Below, one piece after another: positions 26,401 to 44,400 of a stretch of DNA of 64,000 nucleotides; position 1 is the stretch's first letter; each line of letters opens with the position of its first letter. This DNA comes from Eledone cirrhosa (Eukaryota), in the NCBI GenBank assembly GCA_964016885.1, contig OZ024756.1, positions 5,642,001 to 5,706,000 on the forward strand, written 5' to 3'. The notes beneath the pieces are model-generated. The model was not told the origin of the DNA. It saw only the letters and a list, made by a program, of their open reading frames with translations, and searched no databases. The translations under genes were made by a program, and so were the position numbers.

Positions 26401-29400
26401 TTACTATATATAGAAAGACACAGTTACTATATATATAAAGACAGTTACTATATATAGAAAGACGGTTACTATATATAGAAATAATGTTACTATATATAGA
26501 AAGACAGTTACTATATATAGAAAGACACAGTTACTATATATAGAAAGACAGTTACTATATATAGAAAGACGGTTACTATATATAGAAAGACAGTTACTAT
26601 ATATAGAAAGACAGTTACTATATATAGAAAGACAGTTACTATATATAGAAAGACACAGTTACTATATATAGAAAGACATAGTTACTATATATAGAAATAC
26701 ACAGTTACTATATATAGAAAGACACAGTTACTATATATAGACAGACACATTTACTATAAAATAGAAAGACAGTTACTATATATAGAAAGACGGTTACTAT
26801 ATATAGAAATACAGTTACTATATATAGAAAGACAGTTACTATATATAGAAAGACACAGTTACTATATATAGAAAGACACAGTTACTATATATAGAAAGAC
26901 ACAGTTACTATATATAGAAAGACACAGTTACTATATATAGAAAGACACAGTTACTACATATAGAAAGACACAGTTACTATATATAGAAAGACAGTTACTA
27001 TATATAGAAAGACACAGTTGCTATATATAGAAAGATACAGTTGCTATATATAGAAAGACAGTTACTATATATAGAAAGACAATTACTATATATAGACAGA
27101 CACAGTTACTATATATAGAAAGACAGTTACTATATATAGAAAGACAGTTACTGTATATAGAAAGACAGTTACTATATATAGACCGCAACAGTTACTATAT
27201 ATAGAAAGACACAGTTGCTATATATAGAAAGACAGTTACTATATATAGAAAGACAGTTACTATATATAGAAAGACAGTTACTATATATAGAAAGACACAG
27301 TTACTATATATAGACAGACACAGTTACTATATATTGTAAGACACAGTTGCTATATATAGAAAGACAGTTACTATATATAGAAAGACAGTTACTATATATA
27401 GACAGACACAGTTACTATATATTGAAAGACAGGGTTACTATATATAGAAAGACACAGTTACTATATATAGACAGACACAGTTACTATATATTGTAAGACA
27501 CAGTTGCTATATATAGAAAGACAGTTACTATATATAGAAAGACAGTTACTATATATAGACAGACACAGATACTATATATTGAAAGACAGGGTTACTATAT
27601 ATAGACAGATACAGTTACTATATATAGAAATAGTGTTACTATATATAGAAATACAGTTACTATATATAGAAAGACAGTTACTATATATAGAAAGAGACAG
27701 TTACTATATATAGAAAGAGACAGTTACTATATATAGAAATAGTGTTACTATATATAGAAATACAGTTACTATATATAGAAAGACAGTTACTATATATAGA
27801 AAGAGACAGTTACTATATATAGAAAGACAGTTACTATATATAGAAAGACACAGTTGCTATATATAGAAAGACAGTTACTATATATAGAAAGACAGTTACT
27901 ATATATAGAAAGACACAGTTACTATATATAGAAAGACAGTTACTATATATAGAAATACAGTTACTATATATAGAAAGACACAGTTACTATATATAGAAAG
28001 ACAGTTACTATATATATAAAGACACAATTACTATATATAGAAAGACAGTTACTATATATAGAAAGACACAGTTACTATATATAGAAAAACAGTTACTATA
28101 TATAAAAAGACAGTTACTATATATAGAAATACAGTTACTATATATAGAAAGACAGTTACAATATATAGAAAGACACAGTTACTATATATAGAAAGACACA
28201 GTTACTATATATAGAAAGACACAGTTACTATATATAGAAAGACAGTTACTATATATAGAAAGACGGTTACTATATATAGAAATAATGTTACTATATATAG
28301 AAAGACAGTTACTATATATAGAAAGACACAGTTACTATATATAGAAAGACAGTTACTATATATAGAAAGACGGATACTATATATAGAAAGACAGTTACTA
28401 TATATAGAAAGACAGTTACTATATATAGAAAGACAGTTACTATATATAGAAAGACACAGTTACTATATATAGAAAGACATAGTTACTATATATAGAAAGA
28501 CACAGTTACTATATATAGAAAGACACAGTTACTATATATAGACAGACACATTTACTATAAAATAGAAAGACAGTTACTATATATAGAAAGACGGTTACTA
28601 TATATAGAAATACAGTTACTATATATAGAAAGACACAGTTACTATATATAGAAAGACACAGTTACTATATATAGAAAGACACAGTTACTACATATAGAAA
28701 GACACAGTTACTATATATAGAAAGACAGTTACTATATATATAGAAAGACACAGTTGCTATATATAGAAAGATACAGTTGCTATATATAGAAAGACAGTTA
28801 CTATATATAGAAAGACAATTACTATATATAGACAGACACAGTTACTATATATAGAAAGACAGTTACTATATATAGAAAGACAGTTACTGTATATAGAAAG
28901 ACAGTTATTATATATAGACCGCAACAGTTACTATATATAGAAAACACAGTTGCTATATATAGAAACACAGTTACTATATATAGAAAGACAGTTACTATAT
29001 ATAGTAAGACAGTTACTATATATAGAAAGACACAGTTACTATATATAGACAGACACAGTTACTATATATTGTAAGACACAGTTGCTATATATAGAAAGAC
29101 AGTTACTATATATAGAAAGACAGTTACTATATATAGACAGACACAGATACTATATATAGAAAGACAGTTACTATATATAGACATATACAGTTACTATATA
29201 TAGACAGATACAGTTACTATATATAGAAAGACAGTTACTATATATAGAAAGACAGTTACTATATATAGAAAGACAGTTACTATATATAGAAAAACAGTTA
29301 CTATATATAGAAAGACAGTTACTATATATAGAAAGACACAGTTACTATATATAGACAGACACAGTTACTATATATTGAAAGACAGGGTTGCTATATATAG

Positions 29401-32400
29401 AAAGACAGTTACTATATATAGAAAGACAGTTACTATATATAGAAAGACAGTTACTATATATAGAAAGACAGTTACTATATATAGAAAGACAGTTACTATA
29501 TATAGAAAGATACAGTTACTATATATAGACAGACACAGTTACTATATATAGAAAGACAGTTACTATATATAGACAGATACAGTTACTATATATAGACAGA
29601 TACAGTTACTATATATAGAAAGACAGTTACTATATATAGAAAGAGACAGTTACTATATATAGAAAGACAGTTACTATATATAGAAAGACACAGTTACTAT
29701 ATATAGAAAGACAGTTACTATATATAGAAATACAGTTACTATATATAGAAAGACACTGTTACTATATATAGAAAGACAGTTACTATATATAGAAATACAG
29801 TTACTATATATAGAAAGACACAGTTACTATATATAGAAAGACAGTAACTATATATAGAAAGACAGTTACTATATATAGAAAGACACAGTTACTATATATA
29901 GAAAGACAGTTACTATATATAGAAAGACACAGTTACTATATATAGAAAGACAGTTACTATATATAGAAAGACACAGTTACTATATATAGAAAGACAGTTA
30001 CTATATATAGAAAGACACATTTACTATATATAGAAAAACAGTTACTATATATAAAAAGACAGTTACTATATATAGAAATACAGTTACTATATATAGAAAG
30101 ACAGTTACAATATATAGAAAGACACAGTTACTATATATAGAAAGACACAGTTACTATATATAGAAAGACAAAGTTACTATATATATAAAGACAGTTACTA
30201 TATATAGAAAGACGGTTACTATATATAGAAATAATGTTACTATATATAGAAAGACAGTTACTATATATAGAAAGACACAGTTACTATATATAGAAAGACA
30301 GTTACTATATATAGAAAGACGGTTACTATATATAGAAAGATAGTTACTATATATAGAAAGACAGTTACTATATATAGAAAGACAGTTACTATATATAGAA
30401 AGACACAGTTACTATATATAGAAAGACATAGTTACTATATATAGAAATACACAGTTACTATATATAGAAAGACACAGTTACTATATATAGACAGACACAT
30501 TTACTATAAAATAGAAAGACAGTTACTATATATAGAAAGACGGTTACTATATATAGAAATACAGTTACTATATATAGAAAGACAGTTACTATATATAGAA
30601 AGACACAGTTACTATATATAGAAAGACACAGTTACTATATATAGAAAGACACAGTTACTATATATAGAAAGACACAGTTACTACATATAGAAAGACACAG
30701 TTACTATATATAGAAAGACAGTTACTATATATAGAAAGACACAGTTGCTATATATAGAAAGAAACAGTTGCTATATATAGAAAGACAGTTACTATATATA
30801 GAAAGACAATTACTATATATAGACAGACACAGTTACTATATATAGAAAGACAGTTACTATATATAGAAAGACAGTTACTGTATATAGAAAGACAGTTACT
30901 ATATATAGACCGCAACAGTTACTATATATAGAAAGACACAGTTGCTATATATAGAAAGACAGTTACTATATATAGAAAGACAGTTACTATATATAGAAAG
31001 AGAGTTACTATATATAGAAAGACACAGTTACTATATATAGACAGACACAGTTACTATATATTGTAAGACACAGTTGCTATATATAGAAAGACAGTTACTA
31101 TATATAGAAAGACAGTTACTATATATAGACAGACACAGTTACTATATATTCAAAGACAGGGTTACTATATATAGAAAGACACAGTTACTATATATAGACA
31201 GACACAGTTACTATATATTGTAAGACACAGTTGCTATATATAGAAAGACAGTTACTATATATAGAAAGACAGTTACTATATATAGACAGATACAGTTACT
31301 ATATATAGAAAGACAGTTACTATATATAGAAAGAGACAGTTACTATATATAGAAAGACAGTTACTATATATAGAAAGACACAGTTACTATATATAGAAAG
31401 ACAGTTACTATATATAGAAATACAGTTACTATATATAGAAAGACACTGTTACTATATATAGAAAGACAGTTACTATATATAGAAATACAGTTACTATATA
31501 TAGAAAGACACAGTTACTATATATAGAAAGACAGTAACTATATATAGAAAGACAGTTACTATATATAGAAAGACACAGTTACTATATATAGAAAGACAGT
31601 TACTATATATAGAAAGACACAGTTACTATATATAGAAAGACAGTTACTATATATAGAAAGACACAGTTACTATATATAGAAAGACAGTTACTATATATAG
31701 AAAGACACAGTTACTATATATAGAAAAACTGTTACTATATATAAAAAGACAGTTACTATATATAGAAATACAGTTACTATATATAGAAAGACAGTTACAA
31801 TATATAGAAAGACACAGTTACTATATATAGAAAGACACAGTTACTATATATAGAAAGACAAAGTTACTATATATATAAAGACAGTTACTATATATAGAAA
31901 GACGGTTACTATATATAGAAATAATGTTACTATATATAGAAAGACAGTTACTATATATAGAAAGACACAGTTACTATATATAGAAAGACAGTTACTATAT
32001 ATAGAAAGACGGTTACTATATATAGAAAGACAGTTACTATATATAGAAAGACAGTTACTATATATAGAAAGACACAGTTACTATATATAGAAAGACATAG
32101 TTAATATATATAGAAATACACAGTTACTATATATAGAAAGACACAGTTACTATATATAGACAGACACATTTACTATAAAATAGAAAGACAGTTACTATAT
32201 ATAGAAAGACGGTTACTATATATAGAAATACAGTTACTATATATAGAAAGACAGTTACTATATATAGAAAGACACAGTTACTATATATAGAAAGACACAG
32301 TTACTATATATAGAAAGACACAGTTACTATATATAGAAAGACACAGTTACTATATATAGAAAGACACAGTTACTACATATAGAAAGACACAGTTACTATA

Positions 32401-35400
32401 TATAGAAAGACAGTTACTATATATAGAAAGACACAGTTGCTATATATAGAAAGATACAGTTGCTATATATAGAAAGACAGTTACTATATATAGAAAGACA
32501 ATTACTATATATAGACAGACACAGTTACTATATATAGAAAGACAGTTACTATATATAGAAAGACAGTTACTGTATATAGAAAGACAGTTACTATATATAG
32601 ACCGCAACAGTTACTATATATAGAAAGACACAGTTGCTATATATAGAAAGACAGTTACTATATATAGAAAGACAGTTACTATATATAGAAAGACAGTTAC
32701 TATATATAGAAAGACACAGTTACTATATATAGACAGACACAGTTACTATATATTGTAAGACACAGTTGCTATATATAGAAAGACAGTTACCATATATAGA
32801 AAGACAGTTACTATATATAGACAGACACAGTTACTATATATTGAAAGACAGGGTTACTATATATAGAAAGACACAGTTACTATATATAGACAGACACAGT
32901 TACTATATATTGTAAGACACAGTTGCTATATATAGAAAGACAGTTACTATATATAGAAAGACAGTTACTATATATAGACAGACACAGATACTATATATTG
33001 AAAGACAGGGTTACTATATATAGACAGATACAGTTACTATATATAGAAATAGTGTTACTATATATAGAAATACAGTTACTATATGTAGAAAGACAGTTAC
33101 TATATATAGAAACAGACAGTTACTATATATAGAAAGAGACAGTTACTATATATAGAAATAGTGTTACTATATATAGAAATACAGTTACTATATATAGAAG
33201 GACAGTTACTATATATAGAAAGAGACAGTTACTATATATAGAAAGACAGTTACTATATATAGAAAGACACAGTTACTATATATAGAAAGACAGTTACTAT
33301 ATATAGAAAGACAGTTACTATATATAGAAAGACACAGTTACTATATATAGAAAGACAGTTACTATATATAGAAATACAGTTACTATATATAGAAAGACAC
33401 AGTTACTATATATAGAAAGACAGTAACTATATATAGAAAGACAGTTACTATATATAGAAAGACACAGTTACTATATATAGAAAGACAGTTACTATATATA
33501 GAAAGACACAGTTACTATATATAGAAAGACAGTTACTATATATATAAAGACACAATTACTATATATAGAAAGACAGTTACTATATATAGAAAGACACAGT
33601 TACTATATATAGAAAAACAGTTACTATATATAAAAAGACAGTTACTATATATAGAAATACAGTTACTATATATAGAAAGACAGTTACAATATATAGAAAG
33701 ACACAGTTACTATATATAGAAAGACACAGTTACTATATATAGAAAGACACAGTTACTATATATAGAAAGACAGTTACTATATATAGAAAGACACAGTTAC
33801 TATATATAGAAAGACAATTACTATATATAGAAAGACGGATACTATATATAGAAAGACAGTTACTATATATAGAAAGACAGTTACTATATATAGAAAGACA
33901 GTTACTATATATAGAAAGACACAGTTACTATATATAGAAAGACATAGTTACTATATATAGAAAGACACAGTTACTATATATAGAAAGACACAGTTACTAT
34001 ATATAGACAGACACATTTACTATAAAATAGAAAGACAGTTACTATATATAGAAAGACGGTTACTATATATAGAAATACAGTTACTATATATAGAAAGACA
34101 GTTACTATATATAGAAAGACACAGTTACTATATATAGAAAGACACAGTTACTATATATAGAAAGACACAGTTACTATATATAGAAAGACACAGTTACTAT
34201 ATATAGAAAGACACAGTTACTACATATAGAAAGACACAGTTACTATATATAGAAAGACAGTTACTATATATAGAAAGACACAGTTGCTATATATAGAAAG
34301 ATACAGTTGCTATATATAGAAAGACAGTTACTATATATAGAAAGACAATTACTATATATAGACAGACACAGTTACTATATATAGAAAGACAGTTACTATA
34401 TATAGAAAGACAGTTACTGTATATAGAAAGACAGTTACTATATATAGACCACAACAGTTACTATATATAGAAAGACACAGTTGCTATATATAGAAAGACA
34501 GTTACTATATATAGAAAGACAGTTACTATATATAGAAAGACAGTTACTATATATAGAAAGACACAGTTACTATATATAGAAATACAGTTACTATATATAG
34601 AAAGACAGTTACTATATATAGAAAGACACAGTTACTATATATAGAAGACACAGTTACTATATATAGAAATACACAGTTACTACATATAGAAAGACACAGT
34701 TACTATATATAGAAAGACAGTTACTATATATAGAAAGACACAGTTGCTATATATAGAAAGATACAGTTGCTATATATAGAAAGACAGTTACTATATATAG
34801 AAAGACAATTACTATATATAGACAGACACAGTTACTATATATAGAAAGACAGTTACCATATATAGAAAGACAGTTACTGTATATAGAAAGACAGTTACTA
34901 TATATAGACCGCAACAGTTACTATATATAGAAAACACAGTTGCTATATATAGAAATACAGTTACTATATATAGAAAGACAGTTACTATATATAGTAAGAC
35001 AGTTACTATATATAGAAAGACACAGTTACTATATATAGACAGACACAGTTACTATATATTGTAAGACACAGTTGCTATATATAGAAAGACAGTTACTATA
35101 TATAGAAAGACAGTTACTATATATAGACAGACACAGTTGCTATATATAGAAAGACAGTTACTATATATAGAAAGACAGTTACTATATATAGACAGACACA
35201 GTTACTATATATAGAAAGACAGTTACTATATATAGACATATACAGTTACTATATATAGACAGATACAGTTACTATATATAGAAAGACAGTTACTATATAT
35301 AGAAAGACACAGCTACTATATATAGACAGACACAGTTACTATATATTGAAAGACAGGGTTGCTATATATAGAAAGACAGTTACTATATATAGAAAGACAG

Positions 35401-38400
35401 TTACTATATATAGAAAGACAGTTACTATATATAGAAAGACAGTTACTATATATAGAAAGACAGTTACTATATATAGAAAGATACAGTTACTATATATAGA
35501 AAGACAGTTAGTATATATAGAAATACAGTTACTATATATAGAAAGACAGTTACTATATATAGAAAGACAGTTACTATATATAGAAAGACAGTTACTATAT
35601 ATAGAAAGACACAGTTGCTATATATAGAAAGACAGTTACTATATATAGAAAGACAGTTACTATATATAGACAGACACAGTTACTATATATAGAAAGACAG
35701 TTACTATATATAGACAGATACAGTTACTATATATAGACAGATACAGTTACTATATATAGAAAGACAGTTACTATATATAGAAAGACAGTTACTATATATA
35801 GAAAGACAGTTACTATATATAGAAAGACAGTTACTATATATAGACAGACACAGTTACTATCTATAGAAAGACATAGTTACTATATATAGAAAGACACAGT
35901 TACTATATATAGAAAGACACAGTTACTATATATAGACAGACACATTTACTATAAAATAGAAAGACAGTTACTATATATAGAAAGACGGTTACTATATATA
36001 GAAATACAGTTACTATATATAGAAAGACAGTTACTATATATAGAAAGACACAGTTACTATATATAGAAAGACACAGTTACTATATATAGAAAGACACAGT
36101 TACTATATATAGAAATACAGTTACTATATATAGAAAGACAGTTACTATATATAGAAAGACACAGTTACTATATATAGAAAGACACAGTTACTATATATAG
36201 AAAGACACAGTTACTACATATAGAAAGACACAGTTACTATATATAGAAAGACAGTCACTATATATAGAAAGACACAGTTGCTATATATAGAAAGATACAG
36301 TTGCTATATATAGAAAGACAGTTACTATATATAGAAAGACAATTACTATATATAGACAGACACAGTTACTATATATAGAAAACACAGTTTCTATATATAG
36401 AAAGACAGTTACTATATATAGAAAGACAGTTACTATATATAGTAAGACAGTTACTATATATAGAAAGACACAGTTACTATATATAGACAGAAACAGTTAC
36501 TATATATTGTAAGACACAGTTGCTATATATAGAAAGACAGTTACTATATATAGAAAGACAGTTACTATATATAGACAGACACAGATACTATATATAGAAA
36601 GACAGTTACTATATATAGACATATACAGTTACTATATATAGACAGATACAGTTACTATATATAGAAAGACAGTTACTATATATAGAAAGACAGTTACTAT
36701 ATATAGAAAGACAGTTACTATATATAGAAAGACAGTTACTATATATAGAAAGACAGTTACTATATATAGAAAGACACAGTTACTATATATAGACAGACAC
36801 AGTTACTATATATAGACAGACACAGTTACTATATATAGAAAGACAGTTAGTATATATATAAAGACAGTTAATATATATAGAAAGACAGTTACTATATATA
36901 GAAAGACAGTTACTATATATAGAAAGACAGTTACTATATATAGAAAGATACAGTTACTATATATAGAAAGACAGTTAGTATATATAGAAAGACAGTTACT
37001 ATATATAGAAAGACAGTTACTATATATAGAAAGACAGTTACTATATATAGAAAGACAGTTACTATATATAGAAAGACACAGTTGCTATATATAGAAAGAC
37101 AGTTACTATATATAGACAGATACAGTTACTATATATAGACAGATACAGTTACTATATATAGAAAGACAGTTACTATATATAGAAAGACAGTTACTATATA
37201 TAGAAAGACACAGTTACTATATATAGAAAGACAGTTACTATATATAGAAAGACACAGTTACTATATATAGAAAGACAGTTACTATATATAGAAAGACACA
37301 GTTACTATATATAGAAAAACAGTTACTATATATAAAAAGACAGTTACTATATATAGAAATACAGTTACTATATATAGAAAGACAGTTACAATATATAGAA
37401 AGACACAGTTACTATATATAGAAAGACACAGTTACTATATATAGAAAGACAGTTACTATATATAGAAAGACGGTTACTATATATAGAAAGACAGTTACTA
37501 TATATAGAAAGACAGTTACTATATATAGAAAGACAGTTACTATATATAGAAAGACACAGTTACTATATATAGAAAGTCATAGTTACTATATATAGAAATA
37601 CACAGTTACTATATATAGAAAGACACAGTTACTATATATAGACAGACACATTTACTATAAAATAGAAAGACAGTTACTATATATAGAAAGACGGTTACTA
37701 TATATAGAAATACAGTTACTATATATAGAAAGACAGTTACTATATATAGAAAGACACAGTTACTATATATAGAAAGACACAGTTACTATATATAGAAAGA
37801 CACAGTTACTATATATAGAAAGACACAGTTACTATATATAGACAGACACATTTACTATAAAATAGAAAGACAGTTACTATATATAGAAAGACGGTTACTA
37901 TATATAGAAATACAGTTACTATATATAGAAAGACAGTTACTATATATAGAAAGACACAGTTACTATATATAGAAAGACACAGTTACTATATATAGAAAGA
38001 CACAGTTACTATATATAGAAAGACACAGTTACTATATATAGAAAGACACAGTTACTACATATAGAAAGACACAGTTACTATATATAGAAAGACAGTTACT
38101 ATATATAGAAAGACACAGTTGCTATATATAGAAAGATACAGTTGCTATATATAGAAAGACAGTTACTATATATAGAAAGACAATTACTATATATAGACAG
38201 ACACAGTTACTATATATAGAAAGACAGTTACTATATATAGAAAGACAGTTACTGTATATAGAAAGACAGTTACTATATATAGACCGCAACAGTTACTATA
38301 TATAGAAAGACACAGTTGCTATATATAGAAAGACAGTTACTATATATAGAAAGACAGTTACTATATATAGAAAGACAGTTACTATATATAGAAAGACACA

Positions 38401-41400
38401 GTTACTATATATAGACAGACACAGTTACTATATATTGTAAGACACAGTTGCTATATATAGAAAGACAGTTACTATATATAGAAAGACAGTTACTATATAT
38501 AGAAAGACAGTTACTATATATAGAAAGACACAGTTACTATATATAGAAAGACATAGTTACTATATATAGAAATACACAGTTACTATATATAGAAAGACAC
38601 AGTTACTATATATAGACAGACACATTTACTATAAAATAGAAAGACAGTTACTATATATAGAAAGACGGTTACTATATATAGAAATACAGTTACTATATAT
38701 AGAAAGACAGTTACTATATATAGAAAGACACAGTTACTATATATAGAAAGACACAGTTACTATATATAGAAAGACACAGTTACTATATATAGAAAGACAC
38801 AGTTACTATATATAGAAAGACACAGTTACTACATATAGAAAGACACAGTTACTATATATAGAAAGACAGTTACTATATATAGAAAGACACAGTTGCTATA
38901 TATAGAAAGATACAGTTGCTATATATAGAAAGACAGTTACTATATATAGAAAGACAATTACTATATATAGACAGACACAGTTACTATATATAGAAAGACA
39001 GTTACTATATATAGAAAGACAGTTACTGTATATAGAAAGACAGTTACTATATATAGACCGCAACAGTTACTATATATAGAAAGACACAGTTGCTATATAT
39101 AGAAAGACAGTTACTATATATAGAAAGACAGTTACTATATATAGAAAGACAGTTACTATATATAGAAAGACACAGTTACTATATATAGACAGACACAGTT
39201 ACTATATATTGTAAGACAGAGTTGCTATATATAGAAAGACAGTTACTATATATAGAAAGACAGTTACTATATATAGACAGACACAGTTACTATATATTGA
39301 AAGACAGGGTTACTATATATAGAAAGACACAGTTACTATATATAGACAGACACAGTTACTATATATTGTAAGACACAGTTGCTATATATAGAAAGACAGT
39401 TACTATATATAGAAAGACAGTTACTATATATAGACACACACAGATACTATATATTGAAAGACAGGGTTACTATATATAGACAGATACAGTTACTATATAT
39501 AGAAATAGTGTTACTATATATAGAAATACAGTTACTATATGTAGAAAGACAGTTACTATATATAGAAAGAGACAGTTACTATATATAGAAAGAGACAGTT
39601 ACTATATATAGAAATAGTGTTACTATATATAGAAATACAGTTACTATATATAGAAGGACAGTTACTATATATAGAAAGAGACAGTTACTATATATAGAAA
39701 GACAGTTACTATATATAGAAAGACACAGTTACTATATATAGAAAGACAGTTACTATATATAGAAAGACAGTTACTATATATAGAAAGACACAGTTACTAT
39801 ATATATAAAGACAGTTACTATATATAGAAATACAGTTACTATATATAGAAAGACACAGTTACTATATATAGAAAGACAGTAACTATATATAGAAAGACAG
39901 TTACTATATATAGAAAGACACAGTTACTATATATAGAAAGACAGTTACTATATATAGAAAGACACAGTTACTATATATAGAAAGACAGTTACTATATATA
40001 TAAAGACACAATTACTATATATAGAAAGACAGTTACTATATATAGAAAGACACAGTTACTATATATAGAAAAACAGTTACTATATATAAAAAGACAGTTA
40101 CTATATATAGAAATACAGTTACTATATATAGAAAGACAGTTACAATATATAGAAAGACACAGTTACTATATATAGAAAGACACAGTTACTATATATAGAA
40201 AGACACAGTTACTATATATAGAAAGACAGTTACTATATATAGAAAGACACAGTTACTATATATAGAAAGACAGTTACTATATATAGAAAGACGGATACTA
40301 TATATAGAAAGACAGTTACTATATATAGAAAGACAGTTACTATATATAGAAAGACAGTTACTATATATAGAAAGACACAGTTACTATATATAGAAAAACA
40401 CAGTTACTATATATAGAAATACAGTTACTATATATAGAAAGACAGTTACTATATATAGAAAGACAGTTACTATATATAGAAAGACAGTTACTATATATAG
40501 ACAGACACAGTTACTATCTATAGACAGATACAGTTACTATATATAGACAGATACAGTTACTATATATAGACAGATGCAGTTACTATATATAGACAGATAC
40601 AGTTACTATATATATAAATAGTGTTACTATATATAGAAATACAGTTACTATATATAGAAAGACAGTTACTATATATAGAAAGACACAGTTACTATATATA
40701 GAAAGACAGTTGCTATATATAGACAGACACAGTTACTATATATAGACAGATACAGTTACTATATATAGATAGATACAGTTACTATATATAGAAATAGTGT
40801 TACTATATATAGAAAGACAGTTACTATATATAGAAAGAGACAGTTACTATATATAGAAAGACAGTTACTATATATAGAAAGACACAGTTACTATATATAG
40901 AAAGACAGTTACTATATATAGAAAGACAGTTACTATATATAGAAAGACACAGTTACTATATATAGAAAGACAGTTACTATATATAGAAATACAGTTACTA
41001 TATATAGAAAGACACAGTTACTATATATAGAAAGACAGTAACTATATATAGAAAGACAGTTACTATATATAGAAAGACACAGTTACTATATATAGAAAGA
41101 CAGTTACTATATATAGAAAGACACAGTTACTATATATAGAAAGACAGTTACTATATATAGAAAGACACAATTACTATATATAGAAAGACAGTTACTATAT
41201 ATAGAAAGACACAGTTACTATATATAGAAAGACAGTTACTATATATAGAAAGACACAGTTACTATATATAGAAAGACAGTTACTATATATAGAAAGACGG
41301 TTACTATATATAGAAAGACAGTTACTATATATAGAAAGACAGTTACCATATATATAGAAAGACAGTTACTATATATAGAAAGACACAGTTACTATATATA

Positions 41401-44400
41401 GAAAGACAGTTATTATATATAGAAAAACAGTTACTATATATAGAAAGACTGTTACTATATATAGAAAGACACAGTTACTATATATAGAAAGACAGTTACT
41501 ATATATAGAAAGACAGTTACTATATATAGAAAGACACAGTTACTATATATAGAAAGACAGTTACTATATATAGAAAGACACAGTTACTATATATAGAAAG
41601 ACAGTTACTATATATAGAAAGACAGTTACTATATATAGAAAGACACAGTTACTATATATAGAAAGACAGTTACAAATATATAGAAAGACAGTTACTATAT
41701 ATAGAAAGACACAGTTACTATATATAGAAAGACAGTTACTATATATAGAAAGACACGGTTACTATATATAGAAAGACAGTTACTATATATAGAAAGACAG
41801 TTACTATATATAGAAAGACACAGTTACTATATATAGAAAGACACAGTTACTATATATAGAAAGACACAGTTACTATATATAGAAAGACAGTTACTATATA
41901 TATAAAGACGGTTATTATAGATAGAAATACAGTTACTATATATAGAAAGACAGTTACTATATACAGAAAGACAGTTACTATATATAGAAAGACACAGTTA
42001 CTATATATAGAAAGACAGTTACAAATATATAGAAAGACAGTTACTATATATAGAAAGACACAGTTACTATATATAGCAAGACAGTTACTATATATAGAAA
42101 GACACAGTTACTATATATAGAAAGACAGTTACTATATATAGAAAGACAGTTACTATATATAGAAAGACACAGTTACTATATATAGAAAGACAGTTACTAT
42201 ATATAGAAAGACACGGTTACTATATATAGAAAGACAGTTACTATATATAGAAATACACAGTTACTATATATAGAAATACAGTTACTATATATAGAAAGAC
42301 AGTTACTATATATAGAAAGACACAGTTACTATATATAAAAAGACAGTTACTATATATAGAAAGACACAGTTACTATATATAGAAAGACAGTTACTATATA
42401 TAGAAAGACAGTTACTATATATAGAAAGACTGTTACTATATATAGAAAGACACAGTTACTATATATAGAAAGACAGTTACTATATATAGAAAGACAGTTA
42501 CTATATATAGAACGACACAGTTACTATATATAGAAAGACAGTTACTATATATAGAAAGACACAGTTACTATATATAGAAAGACAGTTACTATATATAGAA
42601 AGACAGTTGCTATATATAGAAAGACACAGTTACTATATATAGAAAGACAGTTACAAATATATAGAAAGACAGTTACTATATATAGAAAGACACAGTTACT
42701 ATATATAGAAAGACAGTTACTATATATAGAAAGACACAGTTACTATATATAGAAAGACAGTTACTATATATAGAAAGACAGTTACTATATATAGAAAGAC
42801 ACAGTTACTATATATAGAAAGACAGTTACTATATATAGAAAGACACGGTTACGATATATAGAAAGACAGTTACTATATATAGAAAGGCACAGTTACTATA
42901 TATAGAAAGACAGTTACTATATATAGAAAGACGGTTACTATATATACAAAGACAGTTACTATATATAGAAAGACACAGTTACTATATATAGAAAGACACA
43001 GTTACTATATATAGAAAGACACAGTTACTATAAAATAGAAAGACAGTTACTATATATAGAAAGACGGTTACTATATATAGAAAGACACAGTTACTATATA
43101 TAGAAAGACACAGTTACTATATATAGAAATACACAGTTACTATATATAGAAATACAGTTACTATATATAGAAAGACAGTTACTATATATAGAAAGACACA
43201 GTTACAATATATAGAAAGACACAGTTACTATATATAGAAAGACACAGTTACTAGATATAGAAAGACACAGTTACTATATATAGAAAGACAGTTACTATAT
43301 ATAGAAAGACACAGTTGCTATATATAGAAAGACACAGTTGCTATATATAGAAAGACAGTTACTATATATAGAAAGACAATTACTATATATAGACAGACAC
43401 AGTTACCATATATAGAAAGACAGTTACTATATATAGAAAGACAGTTACTATATATAGAAAGACAGTTACTATATATAGACATACACAGTTACTATATATA
43501 GAAAGACACAGTTGCTATATATAGAAAGACAGTTGCTATATATAGAAAGACAGTTACTATATATAGAAAGAGAGTTACTATATATAGACAGACACAGTTA
43601 CTATATATAGAAAGACAGTTAGTATATATAGAAAGACAGTTACTACATATAGAAAGACGGTTACTATATATAGAAAGACAGTTACTATATATAGAAAGAC
43701 AGTTACTATATATAGACAGACACAGTTACTATATATAGAAAGACAGTTAGTATATATATAAAGACAGTTACTATATATAGAAAGACAGTTACTATATATA
43801 GAAAGACAGTTACTATATATAGAAAGACAGTTACTATATATAGAAAGATACAGTTACTATATATAGAAAGACAGTTAGTATATATAGAAAGACAGTTACT
43901 ATATATAGAAAGACAGTTACTATATATAGAAAGACAGTTACTATATATAGAAAGACAGTTACTATATATAGAAAGACACAGTTGCTATATATAGAAAGAC
44001 AGTTACTATATATAGAAAGACAGTTACTATATATAGACAGACACAGTTACTATATATAGAAAGACAGTTACTATATATAGACAGATACAGTTACTATATA
44101 TAGACAGATACAGTTACTATATATAGAAAGACAGTTACTATATATAGAAAGACAGTTACTATATATAGAAAGACAGTTACTATATATAGAAAGACAGTTA
44201 CTATATATAGACAGACACAGTTACTATCTATAGACAGATGCAGTTACTATATATAGACAGATACAGTTACTATATATAGAAATAGTGTTACTATATATAG
44301 AAATACAGTTACTATATATAGAAAGACAGTTACTATATATAGAAAGACACAGTTACTATATATAGAAAGACAGTTGCTATATATAGACAGACACAGTTAC